Of a stretch of DNA of 64,000 bases, positions 10,501 to 20,971 are shown one piece after another. The notes under the pieces were generated by a model. That model was not told where the DNA came from, did no database searches, and saw only the letters and a list, made by a program, of their open reading frames with translations. The translations under genes were made by a program, and so were the position numbers. Source of the stretch: Peptostreptococcales bacterium. GTDB lineage: Bacteria > Bacillota > Clostridia > Peptostreptococcales > Anaerovoracaceae. Location: the NCBI GenBank assembly GCA_038248745.1, contig JBBRXC010000001.1:264-64263 (forward strand), in the 5' to 3' direction. Position 1 is the stretch's first letter, and each line of letters starts with the position of its first letter.

Positions 10501-10956
10501 CTGATAATCTCTGTTTAACAATTTTCTTTGTATGCCACCCGCCAGACAGGCTGAGAGTGCAATAATTCCTTTGCTGTGCTCCCGAAGCAATTTTTTATCT
10601 ACTCTTGGCTTATAATAAAACCCTTTTGTAAATCCTTCAGAAACGATTTTGATAAGGTTTTTATAGCCCTCTTCATCTTTCGCCAGTAAAACAAGATGAC
10701 CCTGATATTTATCTTTATCAGAGTCTTTATCTTCTTTGGATCTTGCCGCCGTATATACTTCGCAGCCAATAATAGGTTTTATTCCCTGTTTCTTCGCTTC
10801 CTTATAAAAATCAATTACACCAAACATTACTCCATGGTCTGTGATTGCCAAAGAGTCCATACCCATTTCTTTTGCATGTGCAACAAGTTCACTAATTCGT
10901 GCTGCTCCATCCAAAAGACTATATTCTGTATGTACGTGAAGATGTGTAAATGCCAT
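7531..10956 (-). CDS. dnaE: DNA polymerase III alpha subunit
   Basis: 1141 aa. PHP-domain N-terminus MAFTHLHVHTEYSLLDGA, a polymerase core and a C-terminal OB region. Confidence 0.95.
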   Translation of the reverse strand: MAFTHLHVHTEYSLLDGAARISELVAHAKEMGMDSLAITDHGVMFGVIDFYKEAKKQGIKPIIGCEVYTAARSKEDKDSDKDKYQGHLVLLAKDEEGYKNLIKIVSEGFTKGFYYKPRVDKKLLREHSKGIIALSACLAGGIQRKLLNRDYQGAKEEALELLDIFGEGNFYLELQDQGLEEELTILPDMERLHLETGIPFVATNDVHYVRQEDAEAHDILLCIQTATNVDDEKRMRFPNDQFYLKSGTEMEKIFAKFPEAISNTAVIAEACNVDFTFGKLHLPDFVSPSGKTNEAYLRELCEAGLDDRYGELSQELKDRFEYELATIIKMGYIEYFLIVWDFIHYAKQNGIMVGPGRGSAAGSIIAYALNITDIDPIKYGLIFERFLNPERISMPDIDIDFCYERRQEVINYVIEKYGEDKVAQIITFGTMKAKAAIRDVGRALNMGYSEVDAIAKAIPFELKMTISKAMALNPELKAMYEKDKNIAKVLDMAKALEGLSRHASTHAAGVVISKKNINEYVPLYLSDKGISTQFTMNTIEELGLLKMDFLGLRNLTVIRDALELIEENHGRKINFSKMDYDDPKVYELISSGNTQGVFQLESGGMTQFMKNLKPDCFEDIVAGISLYRPGPMNSIPTYIENKKNPKNIKYLHESLEPILSVTYGCLVYQEQVMQIVRDLAGYSYGRSDLVRRAMSKKKMDVMLEEQEHFIKGAVENKQLSPAVAKEIFGQMISFAEYAFNKSHAAAYAVIAYETAYLKAYYPVEFMAALMTSVIGDSAQIAKYIRNCNEMQIQVLPPCVAGSNKKFTVVGEEIRFGLLGVKNVGEGVINAIIKMRNEKGVPNDIFQFINNIDIQEVNKKAFESLIKAGAFDCINENRAQLMAVYEKLIESAQNNNRKNIQGQLSLFQINIDEMSAPGAASVLPQVSNFSKDTLIALEKEMLGVYITGHPLKDYEDRIEKIATITSEELSHLEINEHIVDGMKVTMAGIISGKKILVTKSNKQMAFIDLEDLYGIVEVIVFPKVYERCIQSIKEDNVVVVKGTINFKEDEQPKLMAEKIFDIGLIDETLTTPSLKISIPEDLNEIEAFSALKEVLTAHKGNTPVVIKIDRTGKKFKASKDLWVSPGSLLKTELEDIGFILQD

Positions 10957-10967
10957 GGTTTATATCC

Positions 10968-12416
10968 TTATATTTCTTTGCCTACTACGTGTATTCTCAT
11001 CATATTTGTATTTCCTTCAATACCAACAGGAAGTCCTGCGGTAATAATTAAAATATCATTCTTCTTGATTTTTTCTCTTTTGGATAATGCTTCAATCGCC
11101 TTAACAAACAGATCTCTTTCTGTACCCGCAGATGAAACAACCAGACATTCAACTCCCCAAGAGAGGGCCAGTCTTCTTGCAACTTCTTCATTTGCTGTTG
11201 CAGCGAAAATAGGTGCCTTTGGTCTGAACTTGGAAATAATCATTGGGGTGCCGCCGGAGGCAGTTGGTGCCAAAATAGCTCTGGCCTTCAATCCATATGA
11301 GCTTGCAACGGTAGCATGGCCAATTGCGTTGGTAATGCTTTCATCTCTAAGACTAATGTTTCTTCGCATTACTTCTTCAAAATCAATATTTTCTTCAACA
11401 GTAATGGCGATCTCCGTCATACTTTTCACTGCTTCTATTGGATATTTGCCTACAGCAGTTTCACCTGAAAGCATAATCGCATCCGTTCCGTCAAATATGG
11501 CATTTGCCACATCTGCCACCTCTGCTCTGGTCGGTCTTGGGTTTCTGATCATGGAATCCAGCATTTGTGTTGCTGTAATAACAGGTTTCCCTACATTATT
11601 GCATTTTTTGATTATTTTTTTCTGTAATAAAGGTACCTGCTCTTGGGGTATTTCTACGCCTAAGTCTCCTCGAGCGACCATGATGCCATCGGAAGCTTCG
11701 ATAATATCATCTAAATTCTCTATGCCTTCACCATTTTCAATTTTAGCAATTATTCTGATATAACTGCCACCATTATGTTTTAATATTGTTCTTATTTCTT
11801 CCACGTCACTGGCTTTTCTTACAAAAGATGCCGCAATAAAATCAACTTTATTCTCAATGCCAAAAATAATATCCCCATAATCTTTTTCTGTAATTGATGG
11901 CAGATTTAATTTCACACCAGGGAGATTCACCCCCCTATTATCCTTTAATATACCAGCATTTTTAACAATGCACTTAACGCTATCCCCTTTAATCTCAAGA
12001 GCTTCTAATTCAATTAACCCATCATCAATTAATATTCTGTCCCCAATGGATAAATCACGGGTAATATCTTTATAAGTGACACTGCAAATCTCTTCGTTGC
12101 CTACCATCTCTCGAGTGGTCAGGGTATAAATTTGCCCTTCTTTAATGGCAACTTCAGGTTTATCAAACTTCCCGGTTCTAATTTCTGGGCCTTTTGTATC
12201 CAGTAATATGGCAACATTCACGCCCAGCAGTTTCCTGACTTCTTTTATTGTATCCATCTTAACTTTTTGTTCTTCATGAGATCCATGGGAAAAGTTTAGT
12301 CGGGCCACATTCATTCCCGAATTTATCATTTCTTTTAAAATTTCTTTATCTTCACAAGCGGGGCCAATCGTTGCCACTATTTTCGTTCTTTTAAAACTTT
12401 TTATTTCTCTATCCAT
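10968..12416 (-). CDS. pyk: Pyruvate kinase
   Basis: 482 aa. TKIVATIGPA, MNVARLNFSHG and MVARGDLGVEIP motifs. Confidence 0.92.
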   Translation of the reverse strand: MDREIKSFKRTKIVATIGPACEDKEILKEMINSGMNVARLNFSHGSHEEQKVKMDTIKEVRKLLGVNVAILLDTKGPEIRTGKFDKPEVAIKEGQIYTLTTREMVGNEEICSVTYKDITRDLSIGDRILIDDGLIELEALEIKGDSVKCIVKNAGILKDNRGVNLPGVKLNLPSITEKDYGDIIFGIENKVDFIAASFVRKASDVEEIRTILKHNGGSYIRIIAKIENGEGIENLDDIIEASDGIMVARGDLGVEIPQEQVPLLQKKIIKKCNNVGKPVITATQMLDSMIRNPRPTRAEVADVANAIFDGTDAIMLSGETAVGKYPIEAVKSMTEIAITVEENIDFEEVMRRNISLRDESITNAIGHATVASSYGLKARAILAPTASGGTPMIISKFRPKAPIFAATANEEVARRLALSWGVECLVVSSAGTERDLFVKAIEALSKREKIKKNDILIITAGLPVGIEGNTNMMRIHVVGKEI

Positions 12417-12453
12417 TTTTCACACTTCCCTTTACTTGCTTTTCCAAATAGTT

Positions 12454-12639
12454 CTACTTATTTTTTCTTTGCTTTGCTTTTCCACGGATAAACTGAAAGG
12501 CAAAATAAAAAGCCGTTGTTACTGCCAAGATTGAGACGATTTGCCCATTATCATTTATGCCAAACATTTTTAGAGCAAACAGCGCGCCTATAATAAATAT
12601 CCAGTAATACAAAATCAATCCAATCACATTACCATTCAT
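12454..12639 (-). CDS. Small two-TM membrane protein, function unknown
   Basis: 61 aa with two hydrophobic helices and a basic tail (KAKQRKNK). GGGAGG RBS upstream. Confidence 0.5.
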   Translation of the reverse strand: MNGNVIGLILYYWIFIIGALFALKMFGINDNGQIVSILAVTTAFYFAFQFIRGKAKQRKNK

Positions 12640-12656
12640 AATATATCCTCCCTTGT

Positions 12657-14468
12657 CTACCTACCGCTTCTTCTTCTTTCTAATTCCTTCAGTTCTTTTT
12701 TTCTAAGTCTTATATCATTTGGTACTATTTCAACTAATTCATCATCATCAATAAACTCAAGTGCTTCTTCAAGGGTAAACGCCCTGCTTGGCGGTAACTT
12801 TACTGAATCGTCAGTACCGGCAGCTCTCATATTTGTTACTTTCTTTGCTTTGCAAGGATTCATTACCATATCCTCATTTCTGCTGTTCATTCCTACAATC
12901 ATACCTTCATAAACTTTTGTACCCGGTTCAATGAACAACTGAACTCTTTCACTAATATTGTACAATGCATAAGGCGTGGAAACACCATCTTCTATGGCAA
13001 TCGCAACGCCGTTGGTCCTTTGAGGAATGTCTCCTTTATGTGGTTCAAAGGATTCAAAACGTCTTACCATCGTTCCTTCTCCCCTTGTGTCATTAATGAA
13101 TTCTGTTCTGTAACCAAGCAGACCTCTTGTTGGCACAAGATATTCTATTTTCGCATAACCGTTTTCACTGGACATTTGTCTCATCATCCCTTTTCTAACA
13201 TTCAGTTTTGATATGACCGCTCCCGCATATTGTTCAGCAACTGTAACAATTACTTCTTCCATAGGTTCCAGTTTATGACCTTTTTTATCCTTATGCATGA
13301 TGACTTCCGGTTTTGATACAGCAAGTTCATATCCTTCTCTTCTCATATTTTCGATTAATATGGAAAGATGAAGTTCTCCTCGTCCAGATACCTTAAAGCT
13401 GTCTGTGGATTCTGTTTCTTCAACGATCAGCCCAACGTTTACTTCAAGTTCTTTATCCAATCTTTCTCTGATATGCCTTGAGGTGACAAATTTTCCAACC
13501 TTGCCTGCAAATGGCGACTTGTTGACCATGAAGTTCATGGAAAGAGTAGGTTCTTCAATTTGTATCATTTCCATTGGTTGAACATTTTTATCATCACAGA
13601 TAGTCTCCCCTATTGAGATGTCCGAAATCCCGGCAACAACAACAATGTCTCCACATTCTGCGTGATCAACCAAGGTTCTCTTCATCCCTACATAGGTAAA
13701 CAACTGGTTAATTTTTCTTTGTACAATGGTTCCATCAGCCTTTGCAACTGCTACTGTTTGCCCAGCTTTTATCTTTCCTTTTGTGATTCTTCCAATGCCA
13801 AGTCTGCCAATATAATCATCATAAGCTAGTGTTGAAACCTGAAATTGTAAAGGTTCTTTATTAAGATTTGGATAAGGCTTCACATGTGAAATAATAGTAT
13901 CAAACAATGGGGTTAAATCAGTGCTATCATCATCTAGTTCTTTCTTTGCAATCCCCTGTTTTGCTATCCCATATAATATGGGGAAATCAAGTTGTTGATC
14001 GTTTGCATGTAGATCCATAAATAATTCATAAACCATGTCAACAACTTCAACCGGCCTTGCATCCTTTTTATCAATTTTATTAATAAGTAAAATCGGGTTG
14101 AGTCCCTGCTGAAGGGACTTCTGCAGCACGAATCTTGTCTGTGGCATTGGTCCTTCACTAGAGTCAACCAATAAAACAACTGTATCTACTGTCTTAATGA
14201 TCCGTTCAACCTCCGACGAAAAATCCGCATGTCCTGGTGTGTCCACTATGTTTATTTTAAAGTCGCCATGCATAATTGAACAGTTTTTAGAATAAATAGT
14301 TATTCCTCTTTCTCTCTCAATATCATCACTGTCCATCACACAGTCTATTACTTCTTCGTTTGCTCTAAAAACGCCACTTTGTCCTAGTAATGCATCCACC
14401 AAAGTTGATTTCCCTGCATCTACGTGGGCGATTACCGCAATATTGATTATCTTTTTCTTGCTATTCAT
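12657..14468 (-). CDS. typA: Translational GTPase TypA/BipA
   Basis: 603 aa. G motifs [17 protein letters not shown] and NKIDK. EF-G-like domain order without domain IV. Confidence 0.92.
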   Translation of the reverse strand: MNSKKKIINIAVIAHVDAGKSTLVDALLGQSGVFRANEEVIDCVMDSDDIERERGITIYSKNCSIMHGDFKINIVDTPGHADFSSEVERIIKTVDTVVLLVDSSEGPMPQTRFVLQKSLQQGLNPILLINKIDKKDARPVEVVDMVYELFMDLHANDQQLDFPILYGIAKQGIAKKELDDDSTDLTPLFDTIISHVKPYPNLNKEPLQFQVSTLAYDDYIGRLGIGRITKGKIKAGQTVAVAKADGTIVQRKINQLFTYVGMKRTLVDHAECGDIVVVAGISDISIGETICDDKNVQPMEMIQIEEPTLSMNFMVNKSPFAGKVGKFVTSRHIRERLDKELEVNVGLIVEETESTDSFKVSGRGELHLSILIENMRREGYELAVSKPEVIMHKDKKGHKLEPMEEVIVTVAEQYAGAVISKLNVRKGMMRQMSSENGYAKIEYLVPTRGLLGYRTEFINDTRGEGTMVRRFESFEPHKGDIPQRTNGVAIAIEDGVSTPYALYNISERVQLFIEPGTKVYEGMIVGMNSRNEDMVMNPCKAKKVTNMRAAGTDDSVKLPPSRAFTLEEALEFIDDDELVEIVPNDIRLRKKELKELERRRSGR

Positions 14469-14608
14469 GTTTTCCTACTTTCTTTTTTTCATTCGTTAAC
14501 CTTGATATTATATCACAACAAAGCAAAAAAATATATACCTATATTTATGACTAATTTAACGTGATGTGGTATAATTAACCTATGCAAAATGAAAGTTGGT
14601 AAAATAAA

Positions 14609-15799
14609 ATGGAACAAATTAAAGAAATCTTACAAAATATTTTAGAAGAAAAAAAATTGATTAAAATGGTGTTTGGTAGCGCAAGAAAAAAAACCATTCC
14701 CTATCATAAAATCATCATTCGCCCTATTATCATAAAAGATCAATTTTATTATCAAGTGGAATATCATTACAAGGATAAAGTCATTCACGAAAATTTAAAT
14801 CCAGAAGATTTAATCTTGCTTTGCCATGATTTTATTCTTATGGATTTTAAACAGTTGAATATTTATGCGATTAATGAAGATATTCAGATTTTAGCCGCCA
14901 ATCCAAACGACCCCAAAGTATTGAAAAGCAAACCATCGAAAAAAAAGGTTGATCTCAACCATAATAGAAAGAAACAATACATTATCCCGGATAATGAACC
15001 CTGCGATTTTCTTATCAGACTCGGTGTCTCTGATGATAAGGGAAAGGTATTTCACAAACATTACAGCAAATTCAGGCAAATTAATAGATTCCTTGAAATT
15101 GTTGACGATTCTTTTGAATCTTTAGATACGTCCAAACCTATTAGAGTAATAGATTTTGGCTGCGGAAAGGCATATCTTACCTTTGCACTTTATCATTATT
15201 TAAGAGTTATGAAAGGGTTGGACGTTGAAATTATTGGCCTTGACCTGAAAGAAGATGTCATAGAATTTTGCAATAAAATTGCACTAGAACTGGAATTTGA
15301 TAAATTGAAGTTCTTCATTGGCAACATTAAAGATTACGTCAGCGATCAGGCAGATATGGTTGTCACACTTCACGCCTGTGATACTGCAACTGATTTTGCA
15401 CTTATCAATGCTGTGAAGTGGCACTCTCAAATCATTCTTTCTGTGCCATGCTGCCAGCATGAGCTCTTCAACCAAATGAAAGACCCTTTACATGACCCCT
15501 TATTCAAACACGGCATTTTGAAAGATCGATTTACTGAAATTTTAACCGACGGGATCAGAGGATTAAAACTTGAAGCTGCAGGATATGATGTGAAAATGAT
15601 AGAATTCACCACCTTGGAACATACCTCTAAAAACATTATGATAAAAGCCGTTATAAGCAAACCTGTTACAACCGTTTCTGAAACAGAAGAGAATTTGAGG
15701 GAAACTGAAGCGAGAAAAAATAAAGCTTTAAAAGCAAATAAAGAATATGAAGCACTAAAAAAATACTGGCATATAAATCCCACCATCGATTCTCTGTAA
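14609..15799 (+). CDS. Class I SAM-dependent methyltransferase
   Basis: 396 aa. VIDFGCGKAYLTFALY SAM-binding motif I in the central domain. Confidence 0.7.
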   Translation: MEQIKEILQNILEEKKLIKMVFGSARKKTIPYHKIIIRPIIIKDQFYYQVEYHYKDKVIHENLNPEDLILLCHDFILMDFKQLNIYAINEDIQILAANPNDPKVLKSKPSKKKVDLNHNRKKQYIIPDNEPCDFLIRLGVSDDKGKVFHKHYSKFRQINRFLEIVDDSFESLDTSKPIRVIDFGCGKAYLTFALYHYLRVMKGLDVEIIGLDLKEDVIEFCNKIALELEFDKLKFFIGNIKDYVSDQADMVVTLHACDTATDFALINAVKWHSQIILSVPCCQHELFNQMKDPLHDPLFKHGILKDRFTEILTDGIRGLKLEAAGYDVKMIEFTTLEHTSKNIMIKAVISKPVTTVSETEENLRETEARKNKALKANKEYEALKKYWHINPTIDSL

Positions 15800-15852
15800 A
15801 AAATAAATTTGACTTAAATCAACAATCTAATAGTTTTGTAAAATGAAATTAA

Positions 15853-15899
15853 AATAATCCCAACGGTAGATCGAACTGACCGTCGGGATTATTATTTTT
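15853..15899. terminator. Bidirectional intrinsic terminator between convergent genes
   Basis: AATAATCCCAACGG / CCGTCGGGATTATT stem with one mismatch, followed by ATTTTT and preceded by AAAA. Confidence 0.7.
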
Positions 15900-15953
15900 C
15901 ATTTTATCATTGACCAAATACTTTAATTTTCTCAGTGGCCAAATCCATTGATT

Positions 15954-17858
15954 TTACCAGCTTCCGCCGCCGCCGCCGCCAAAGCCACCGCCACCAAAAC
16001 CGCCGCCGCCTGAGAACCCGCCAGAGCCAAGCCCCCCTGAACCGCCACTTGCACTAGGCGGAACAATGCTGCTGGCCATGGAATTTGTGAATCCATTAAA
16101 CATATTCATGAATATCCACGTATTGAACAACGTATTATTAGTCCCTCCGTGATACCAGGCAGGAGGTTCAACTGCCAATCCTTCAAAGTTCTTTGCCCAT
16201 TTTTCATTGAGACCAAGAACATAAGCATATGGTAAAACGTCATAGAAGTAAGCTGGATTTTCTTCAGAAAGTTTATTAATCCGATCCAATTCTGCCGTTC
16301 TAATAAATTCCTTAAACCCAAGGATTTTCCCTAAAAGCTCGGCACTGCGCTTTGTTCTTTGTTTCATTCTAATTGTAAATATAAAACTGATGGCTGAAGC
16401 GATAGCGGCTAAAACACCATAAGCGAAATTCAAAAACAATAGACTGTATCCTGTAAAGACAACTAGTCCTAAAACTGCCAGCAATCCACCTAGAATCACC
16501 TTTGTTTTATAGCTCATTTTACTGTTTGCATCACGCTTATCATGGGCTGCAATCACGATGGAATAGCCAGAAAAAATCAGAAATAATATGGGTAGGCTGA
16601 TGATAGCGGTTTCTGGAGCCAGCATTAAATATATTGGACCAAGTATAGCCATTCCGGCTATTGGGACCAGCATCAGTAGCATTCCCAAAGCTCTAGCACC
16701 AATGGAATTTTGTGTAAATATTCTATTTTCTTTGTTCTTTGTGAAATGGGCTTTCAACTGAACTGAAGATACCTGAAAACTATCATAAAAGTCACCCTGC
16801 AATTCTATCAGTGTTACGCTGTCCCTTAAATTGAACAATCCCTCAAAGAAAGTTGATTCATAAATCTTTGCCTCATCGCCCATCTCTTTTTTCTTGATCA
16901 GTATAAATTCATCTTTTTCTGTTTCCTCTATAGACAAATACCCTTTTTCCGCGAAATAAATGACAAGAGATACCAAATCCTTCTCATCAACGATGCCGTC
17001 TACAACGTAGCCCACCTCTGCCGGAGAAATTCCCTCAGGAGGATAAAATTCAACAGTTTGAACAACCTTTGGGTCTCTTCCAAAAGCAAACCATAAAAGA
17101 AGACTTAGTGCTGGTGCAGCTACACAAAGAAGTAGCATAAGTAATAATGCCCAGTTTGTATTCATTTCACCGGTAAAATATCCTTCTGGTAAAACAACTC
17201 TGAAGGTTACCCCTTCACCAAGTTGAAGTGGCCTGACGGTAGTGCCGGCGAGTTGATTCCCTGAAGTGGTCCATTTTACTGCTCCACTGTCTGTTGCGCC
17301 ATAAGCCCCAGCAAGAAATTCAGCTTTTAATGGGTCAAATTCTTTCGGCATATTTATAATGATTGTAGAAGCTTCTATTGATGTGCCCCACCCATTGGGT
17401 ATCACATTGTAGTATAAACTGTCGTACCCATCAATACCGTCATCATAAAGTCGGACCCTATAGGAAATGACGTAGTTCTGATCCCCTTCTACTAGATAAT
17501 TCGGGCTTCCTATCTGAATGACAACATTTCCATTTTCTTCATAAACCTGGTATTCATATCCTTCGACGCTGACATTTTCCACCTTCATTTTATATTTCTG
17601 CTCGACCACTTTTCCGTCTACTTGGCTATAAGCCGTTCCCGTTAAAGGGATATACCTGTATAAGCCATGACGAGGTTCCGTATAGGATACTTTTATTTCT
17701 TCTTTCATCAAAAAAGAATTGTCTTTTGCCACATCCATGGTCACATTATATTCATTTGTATTGTAATATTCCGCCCCATAGGAATTGACCGGTCCTGGAA
17801 TATAAATTGTCACAACCAGCAACAGGAGCACAGCGAATATTCTTGAAATATTTTTCAT
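15954..17858 (-). CDS. DUF2207-family membrane protein with a Gly-rich C-terminal tail
   Basis: Signal/TM start MKNISRIFAVLLLLVV, taken from ATG at 17858 (AAGGTG RBS 10 nt upstream; the track start is 17879). Large N-terminal extracytoplasmic domain, multiple TMs and a GGGFGGGGFGGGGGGSW tail. Classic pairing with lemA. Confidence 0.75.
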   Translation of the reverse strand: MKNISRIFAVLLLLVVTIYIPGPVNSYGAEYYNTNEYNVTMDVAKDNSFLMKEEIKVSYTEPRHGLYRYIPLTGTAYSQVDGKVVEQKYKMKVENVSVEGYEYQVYEENGNVVIQIGSPNYLVEGDQNYVISYRVRLYDDGIDGYDSLYYNVIPNGWGTSIEASTIIINMPKEFDPLKAEFLAGAYGATDSGAVKWTTSGNQLAGTTVRPLQLGEGVTFRVVLPEGYFTGEMNTNWALLLMLLLCVAAPALSLLLWFAFGRDPKVVQTVEFYPPEGISPAEVGYVVDGIVDEKDLVSLVIYFAEKGYLSIEETEKDEFILIKKKEMGDEAKIYESTFFEGLFNLRDSVTLIELQGDFYDSFQVSSVQLKAHFTKNKENRIFTQNSIGARALGMLLMLVPIAGMAILGPIYLMLAPETAIISLPILFLIFSGYSIVIAAHDKRDANSKMSYKTKVILGGLLAVLGLVVFTGYSLLFLNFAYGVLAAIASAISFIFTIRMKQRTKRSAELLGKILGFKEFIRTAELDRINKLSEENPAYFYDVLPYAYVLGLNEKWAKNFEGLAVEPPAWYHGGTNNTLFNTWIFMNMFNGFTNSMASSIVPPSASGGSGGLGSGGFSGGGGFGGGGFGGGGGGSW

Positions 17859-17859
17859 A

Positions 17860-18426
17860 TTAAAATTGCACCTTAACATTTTGTCTTTCTGATTCTTCCT
17901 CTACTTCAAACATTTGCTTTCTCACAAACTTAAATACCGCAGCAATTAAATTGCTTGGGAATGATTCTACCATTGTATTGAATTCTCTTACAATCGCATT
18001 GTAGTATTTTCTCGAATTCGCAATGTCTTCTTCCACTTTTTGAAGCTGCTTTTGAAGATCCATAAAATTAGTGTTTGCTTTTAAATCAGGATATGCTTCC
18101 GCTAGGGCAAACAAACTTTTTAAAGTGCCAGTGAGCATGTTCTCTCCTGCGATTTTATCCTCAATTGTATTTGCGCTTTGTGCCATGTTTCTCGCTGCGA
18201 CTACTTTCTCAAACGTTCCAGATTCATGCTTTGCATAGCCTTTAACCGTTTCAACTAGATTTGGAATCAAATCATATCTTTTCTTCAGGTATACATCCAT
18301 TGTGGCAAATGCTTCCTCTGCCATATTTTTCATTTTAATAAAACCGTTATAACCGTTTACAAGCCAGATTGCAATAATAACTATTACTGCTGCGATTACA
18401 ATTAAAAAAATTGTTGTACCTTCCAT
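17860..18426 (-). CDS. lemA: LemA family protein
   Basis: The track start at 18441 is TTG. ATG at 18426 follows GGAGG by about 8 nt. Single N-terminal TM followed by a LemA-like helical domain (RYDLIPNLVETVKGYA). Confidence 0.8.
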   Translation of the reverse strand: MEGTTIFLIVIAAVIVIIAIWLVNGYNGFIKMKNMAEEAFATMDVYLKKRYDLIPNLVETVKGYAKHESGTFEKVVAARNMAQSANTIEDKIAGENMLTGTLKSLFALAEAYPDLKANTNFMDLQKQLQKVEEDIANSRKYYNAIVREFNTMVESFPSNLIAAVFKFVRKQMFEVEEESERQNVKVQF

Positions 18427-18428
18427 CT

Positions 18429-19091
18429 TTAAATCCTCCAATCAATATACTCATTATTTTTCATTAAAAAATTGTTTGCTTTAGAAAAGGGCTTTGATCC
18501 CCAAAATCCGTTATAAGCTGATAGCGGACTTGGATGCGGACTTTCCAGCACCAAATGGTTTCTGTTGGTAATAAGGGCTTTTTTTGATCTTGCATTGGCA
18601 CCCCATAAGATAAAGACCATAGGCTTTTCTCTCAGATTCAATTGTTTAACAATCTCATCCGTAAAAATTTCCCAGCCTTTTCCTTTATGGGAGTTTGCCT
18701 CCCCTTCCCGTACAGTCAGGACCGTATTCAACAGCAGAACGCCCTGCTTTGCCCAACCTTCAAGGGAATGATCAGTTGCTACAATAATCCCTGTGTCTGT
18801 ATAGAGCTCTTTGAAAATATTTTTTAATGAAGGGGGTCTTTTCACCTCATTGCCGACTGAAAAAGCAAGGCCATTGGACTGTCCTCTTTCATGGTAAGGA
18901 TCCTGCCCTAAAATCACCACCTTAACAGCTCTAAAATCTGACAGTTTCAATGCATAAAAAATTTCTGCCTCTGATGGATAGATCGTACGATTTTCATACT
19001 CGTTTTTCAAGAACTCCTGAAGCTCTAGATAATATTCTTTATTAAACTCTTTTTCAAGGATTTCATCCCATTCATTCCCAATCTTATTCAT
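18429..19091 (-). CDS. ung: Uracil-DNA glycosylase
   Basis: 220 aa. GQDPYH and HPSPLS motifs. Confidence 0.92.
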   Translation of the reverse strand: MNKIGNEWDEILEKEFNKEYYLELQEFLKNEYENRTIYPSEAEIFYALKLSDFRAVKVVILGQDPYHERGQSNGLAFSVGNEVKRPPSLKNIFKELYTDTGIIVATDHSLEGWAKQGVLLLNTVLTVREGEANSHKGKGWEIFTDEIVKQLNLREKPMVFILWGANARSKKALITNRNHLVLESPHPSPLSAYNGFWGSKPFSKANNFLMKNNEYIDWRI

Positions 19092-19151
19092 ATCACTATT
19101 TTACATCTAAATTGGGAAAGGCACAATAGCCCCCTTGCCACATGATAACAT

Positions 19152-20927
19152 CTATTTACCTTCAACCTCCTCAAAAAGCTCTGTTAAATATACCCATCGT
19201 TCCGTTTTATGTTCCAAGTTATTCTCCAGTTGTTCTTTTTTATCGAGGAGCCCTGTCAGTTTATCATAATTCGTGGCTGCCTCACCAATTTCAAGTTCCG
19301 TTTTTTTTATTTGTTTTTCAAGTTTGGCTATTTCATGATCAATTGTCTCATACTCATGTTTTTCTTTAAATGAAATTTTCTTTTTTTCAGAGTTGCTTTT
19401 TTCTCTTGGCTTAACAACTTTTGGCTTTGCGGGGTTGGCTTGAACTATTCGGTTGTTTAATATTTCCAGATAATCAGAATACCCGCCATTATATAAGTTT
19501 ATTCCATCCTCTTCAAATGCAAAAACTCGATTCACAATCCTGTCCAAAAAGTATCTGTCATGAGATACTGCAATAACCGCTCCTTTAAAATTGTCGATGT
19601 AATCCTCTAAAATAGTCAGCGTTTCGATGTCCAGGTCATTGGTCGGTTCATCTAAAAGAAGTACATTTGGTGCGCCCATCAAGATGCCTAGAAGGTGCAG
19701 TCTTCGTTTTTCGCCTCCGGACAACCTTCCAATCACGTTATGCTGCAAATCAGGCGAGAATAAAAACCTTTCTAACATTTGTGATGCCGTGATACTTCCT
19801 TCTTCCGTTACAACAATTTCCGCAATATCTTTAACGAAGTCAATCACCTTTTGTTCGGGATTCAAATTCTCATTTTCCTGAGAAAAATAACCGATTTTTA
19901 CGGTGTCTCCAATCTCCACAAACCCGCTGTCAGGTTCAACCATCCCCATAATCATCTTAAGCAGCGTTGATTTGCCACATCCATTATCTCCAATAATCCC
20001 AAGTCTGTCTTTTCTGAGGATGGTATATTCAAAATTCTTAAATAAAATCTTCTCCTCATAGGATTTTGAAACATGATTGATTTCTATAATTTTTTTCCCC
20101 AGCCTTGAGGATACGGATGACAATTCAACCTTGTCTGCATTAAATAATCCATCCTGATCTCGTAATTTTTCATAACGCTCCACTCGGCCCTTACTTCTAG
20201 TTCCTCGAGCCTTTATTCCTTGTTTCATCCATGCTAGTTCTTTTTTTAATATAGTTTGTCTTTTTCTTTCGCTCCCAACAAGGCTTTCTTCTCTGAGCGC
20301 CTTCATTTCCAGATATGTTGAGTAATTTCCCTCATAGGCGAATAATTTCCCTCGTTCAATTTCAACAATCCTGTTTGTCACCCGATCCAGAAAATATCTG
20401 TCATGGGTGATCATGACGATTGCACCTGAATATTTAATCAGATACTGTTCCAGCCATAATATTGAATCTTTATCAAGATGATTGGTAGGCTCATCCAAAA
20501 TCAGCAGATCACTATCAGAAACCAGTGCCCGTGCAATGGCCACTCTCTTTTTTTGCCCACCGGAAAGTTGCCCTACCGGCTTATCATAGTCTTTTATTTC
20601 CAATCTTCCCAGGATATCCTTGGCTTCATATTCTTGTATTTCTAAATCCGACCCACTCTTTTCCGCCAGTACAAAATTAATAACCGACATTTCTCCTGAA
20701 ATATCGGTGTTTTGATCCAAATACGCTATTTTTGCCAGCTTATTTCTGCTAATGTCCCCCGAATCCGAATATTCTAGTCCTGCCAAAATCTTAAGGAAGG
20801 TTGATTTACCTGTACCATTGATCCCTATAATTCCAACTTTATCTTGTTCATTTAAATAAAAATCAACTTCATCAAGCAAAGGTTTTATCCCATAGCTTTT
20901 AGAAATTTTTTCTGCTGATACTATCAT
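19152..20927 (-). CDS. ABC-F family ATPase (Uup/YfmR-like translation factor type)
   Basis: 591 aa with two ABC cassettes (GINGTGKST/LSGGQKKRV and GDNGCGKST/LSGGEKRRL), no TM domain, and a C-terminal coiled-coil tail. Confidence 0.85.
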   Translation of the reverse strand: MIVSAEKISKSYGIKPLLDEVDFYLNEQDKVGIIGINGTGKSTFLKILAGLEYSDSGDISRNKLAKIAYLDQNTDISGEMSVINFVLAEKSGSDLEIQEYEAKDILGRLEIKDYDKPVGQLSGGQKKRVAIARALVSDSDLLILDEPTNHLDKDSILWLEQYLIKYSGAIVMITHDRYFLDRVTNRIVEIERGKLFAYEGNYSTYLEMKALREESLVGSERKRQTILKKELAWMKQGIKARGTRSKGRVERYEKLRDQDGLFNADKVELSSVSSRLGKKIIEINHVSKSYEEKILFKNFEYTILRKDRLGIIGDNGCGKSTLLKMIMGMVEPDSGFVEIGDTVKIGYFSQENENLNPEQKVIDFVKDIAEIVVTEEGSITASQMLERFLFSPDLQHNVIGRLSGGEKRRLHLLGILMGAPNVLLLDEPTNDLDIETLTILEDYIDNFKGAVIAVSHDRYFLDRIVNRVFAFEEDGINLYNGGYSDYLEILNNRIVQANPAKPKVVKPREKSNSEKKKISFKEKHEYETIDHEIAKLEKQIKKTELEIGEAATNYDKLTGLLDKKEQLENNLEHKTERWVYLTELFEEVEGK

Positions 20928-20971
20928 TGCCCACCCTTCTCTTTAACGACACTTCTTCCTAAAAAGCTTCT

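Noticed and set aside
10696-11763. 355-aa plus-strand ORF
   Set aside because: It is entirely antisense to the well-supported pyruvate kinase and dnaE genes. It has a low-complexity hydrophobic translation and no RBS, so it is a shadow ORF. The same reasoning applies to most short opposite-strand track ORFs, for example 3665..3985, 7553..7873, 26674..27132, 27685..28074, 31597..32040, 36845..37291 and 40656..40979.
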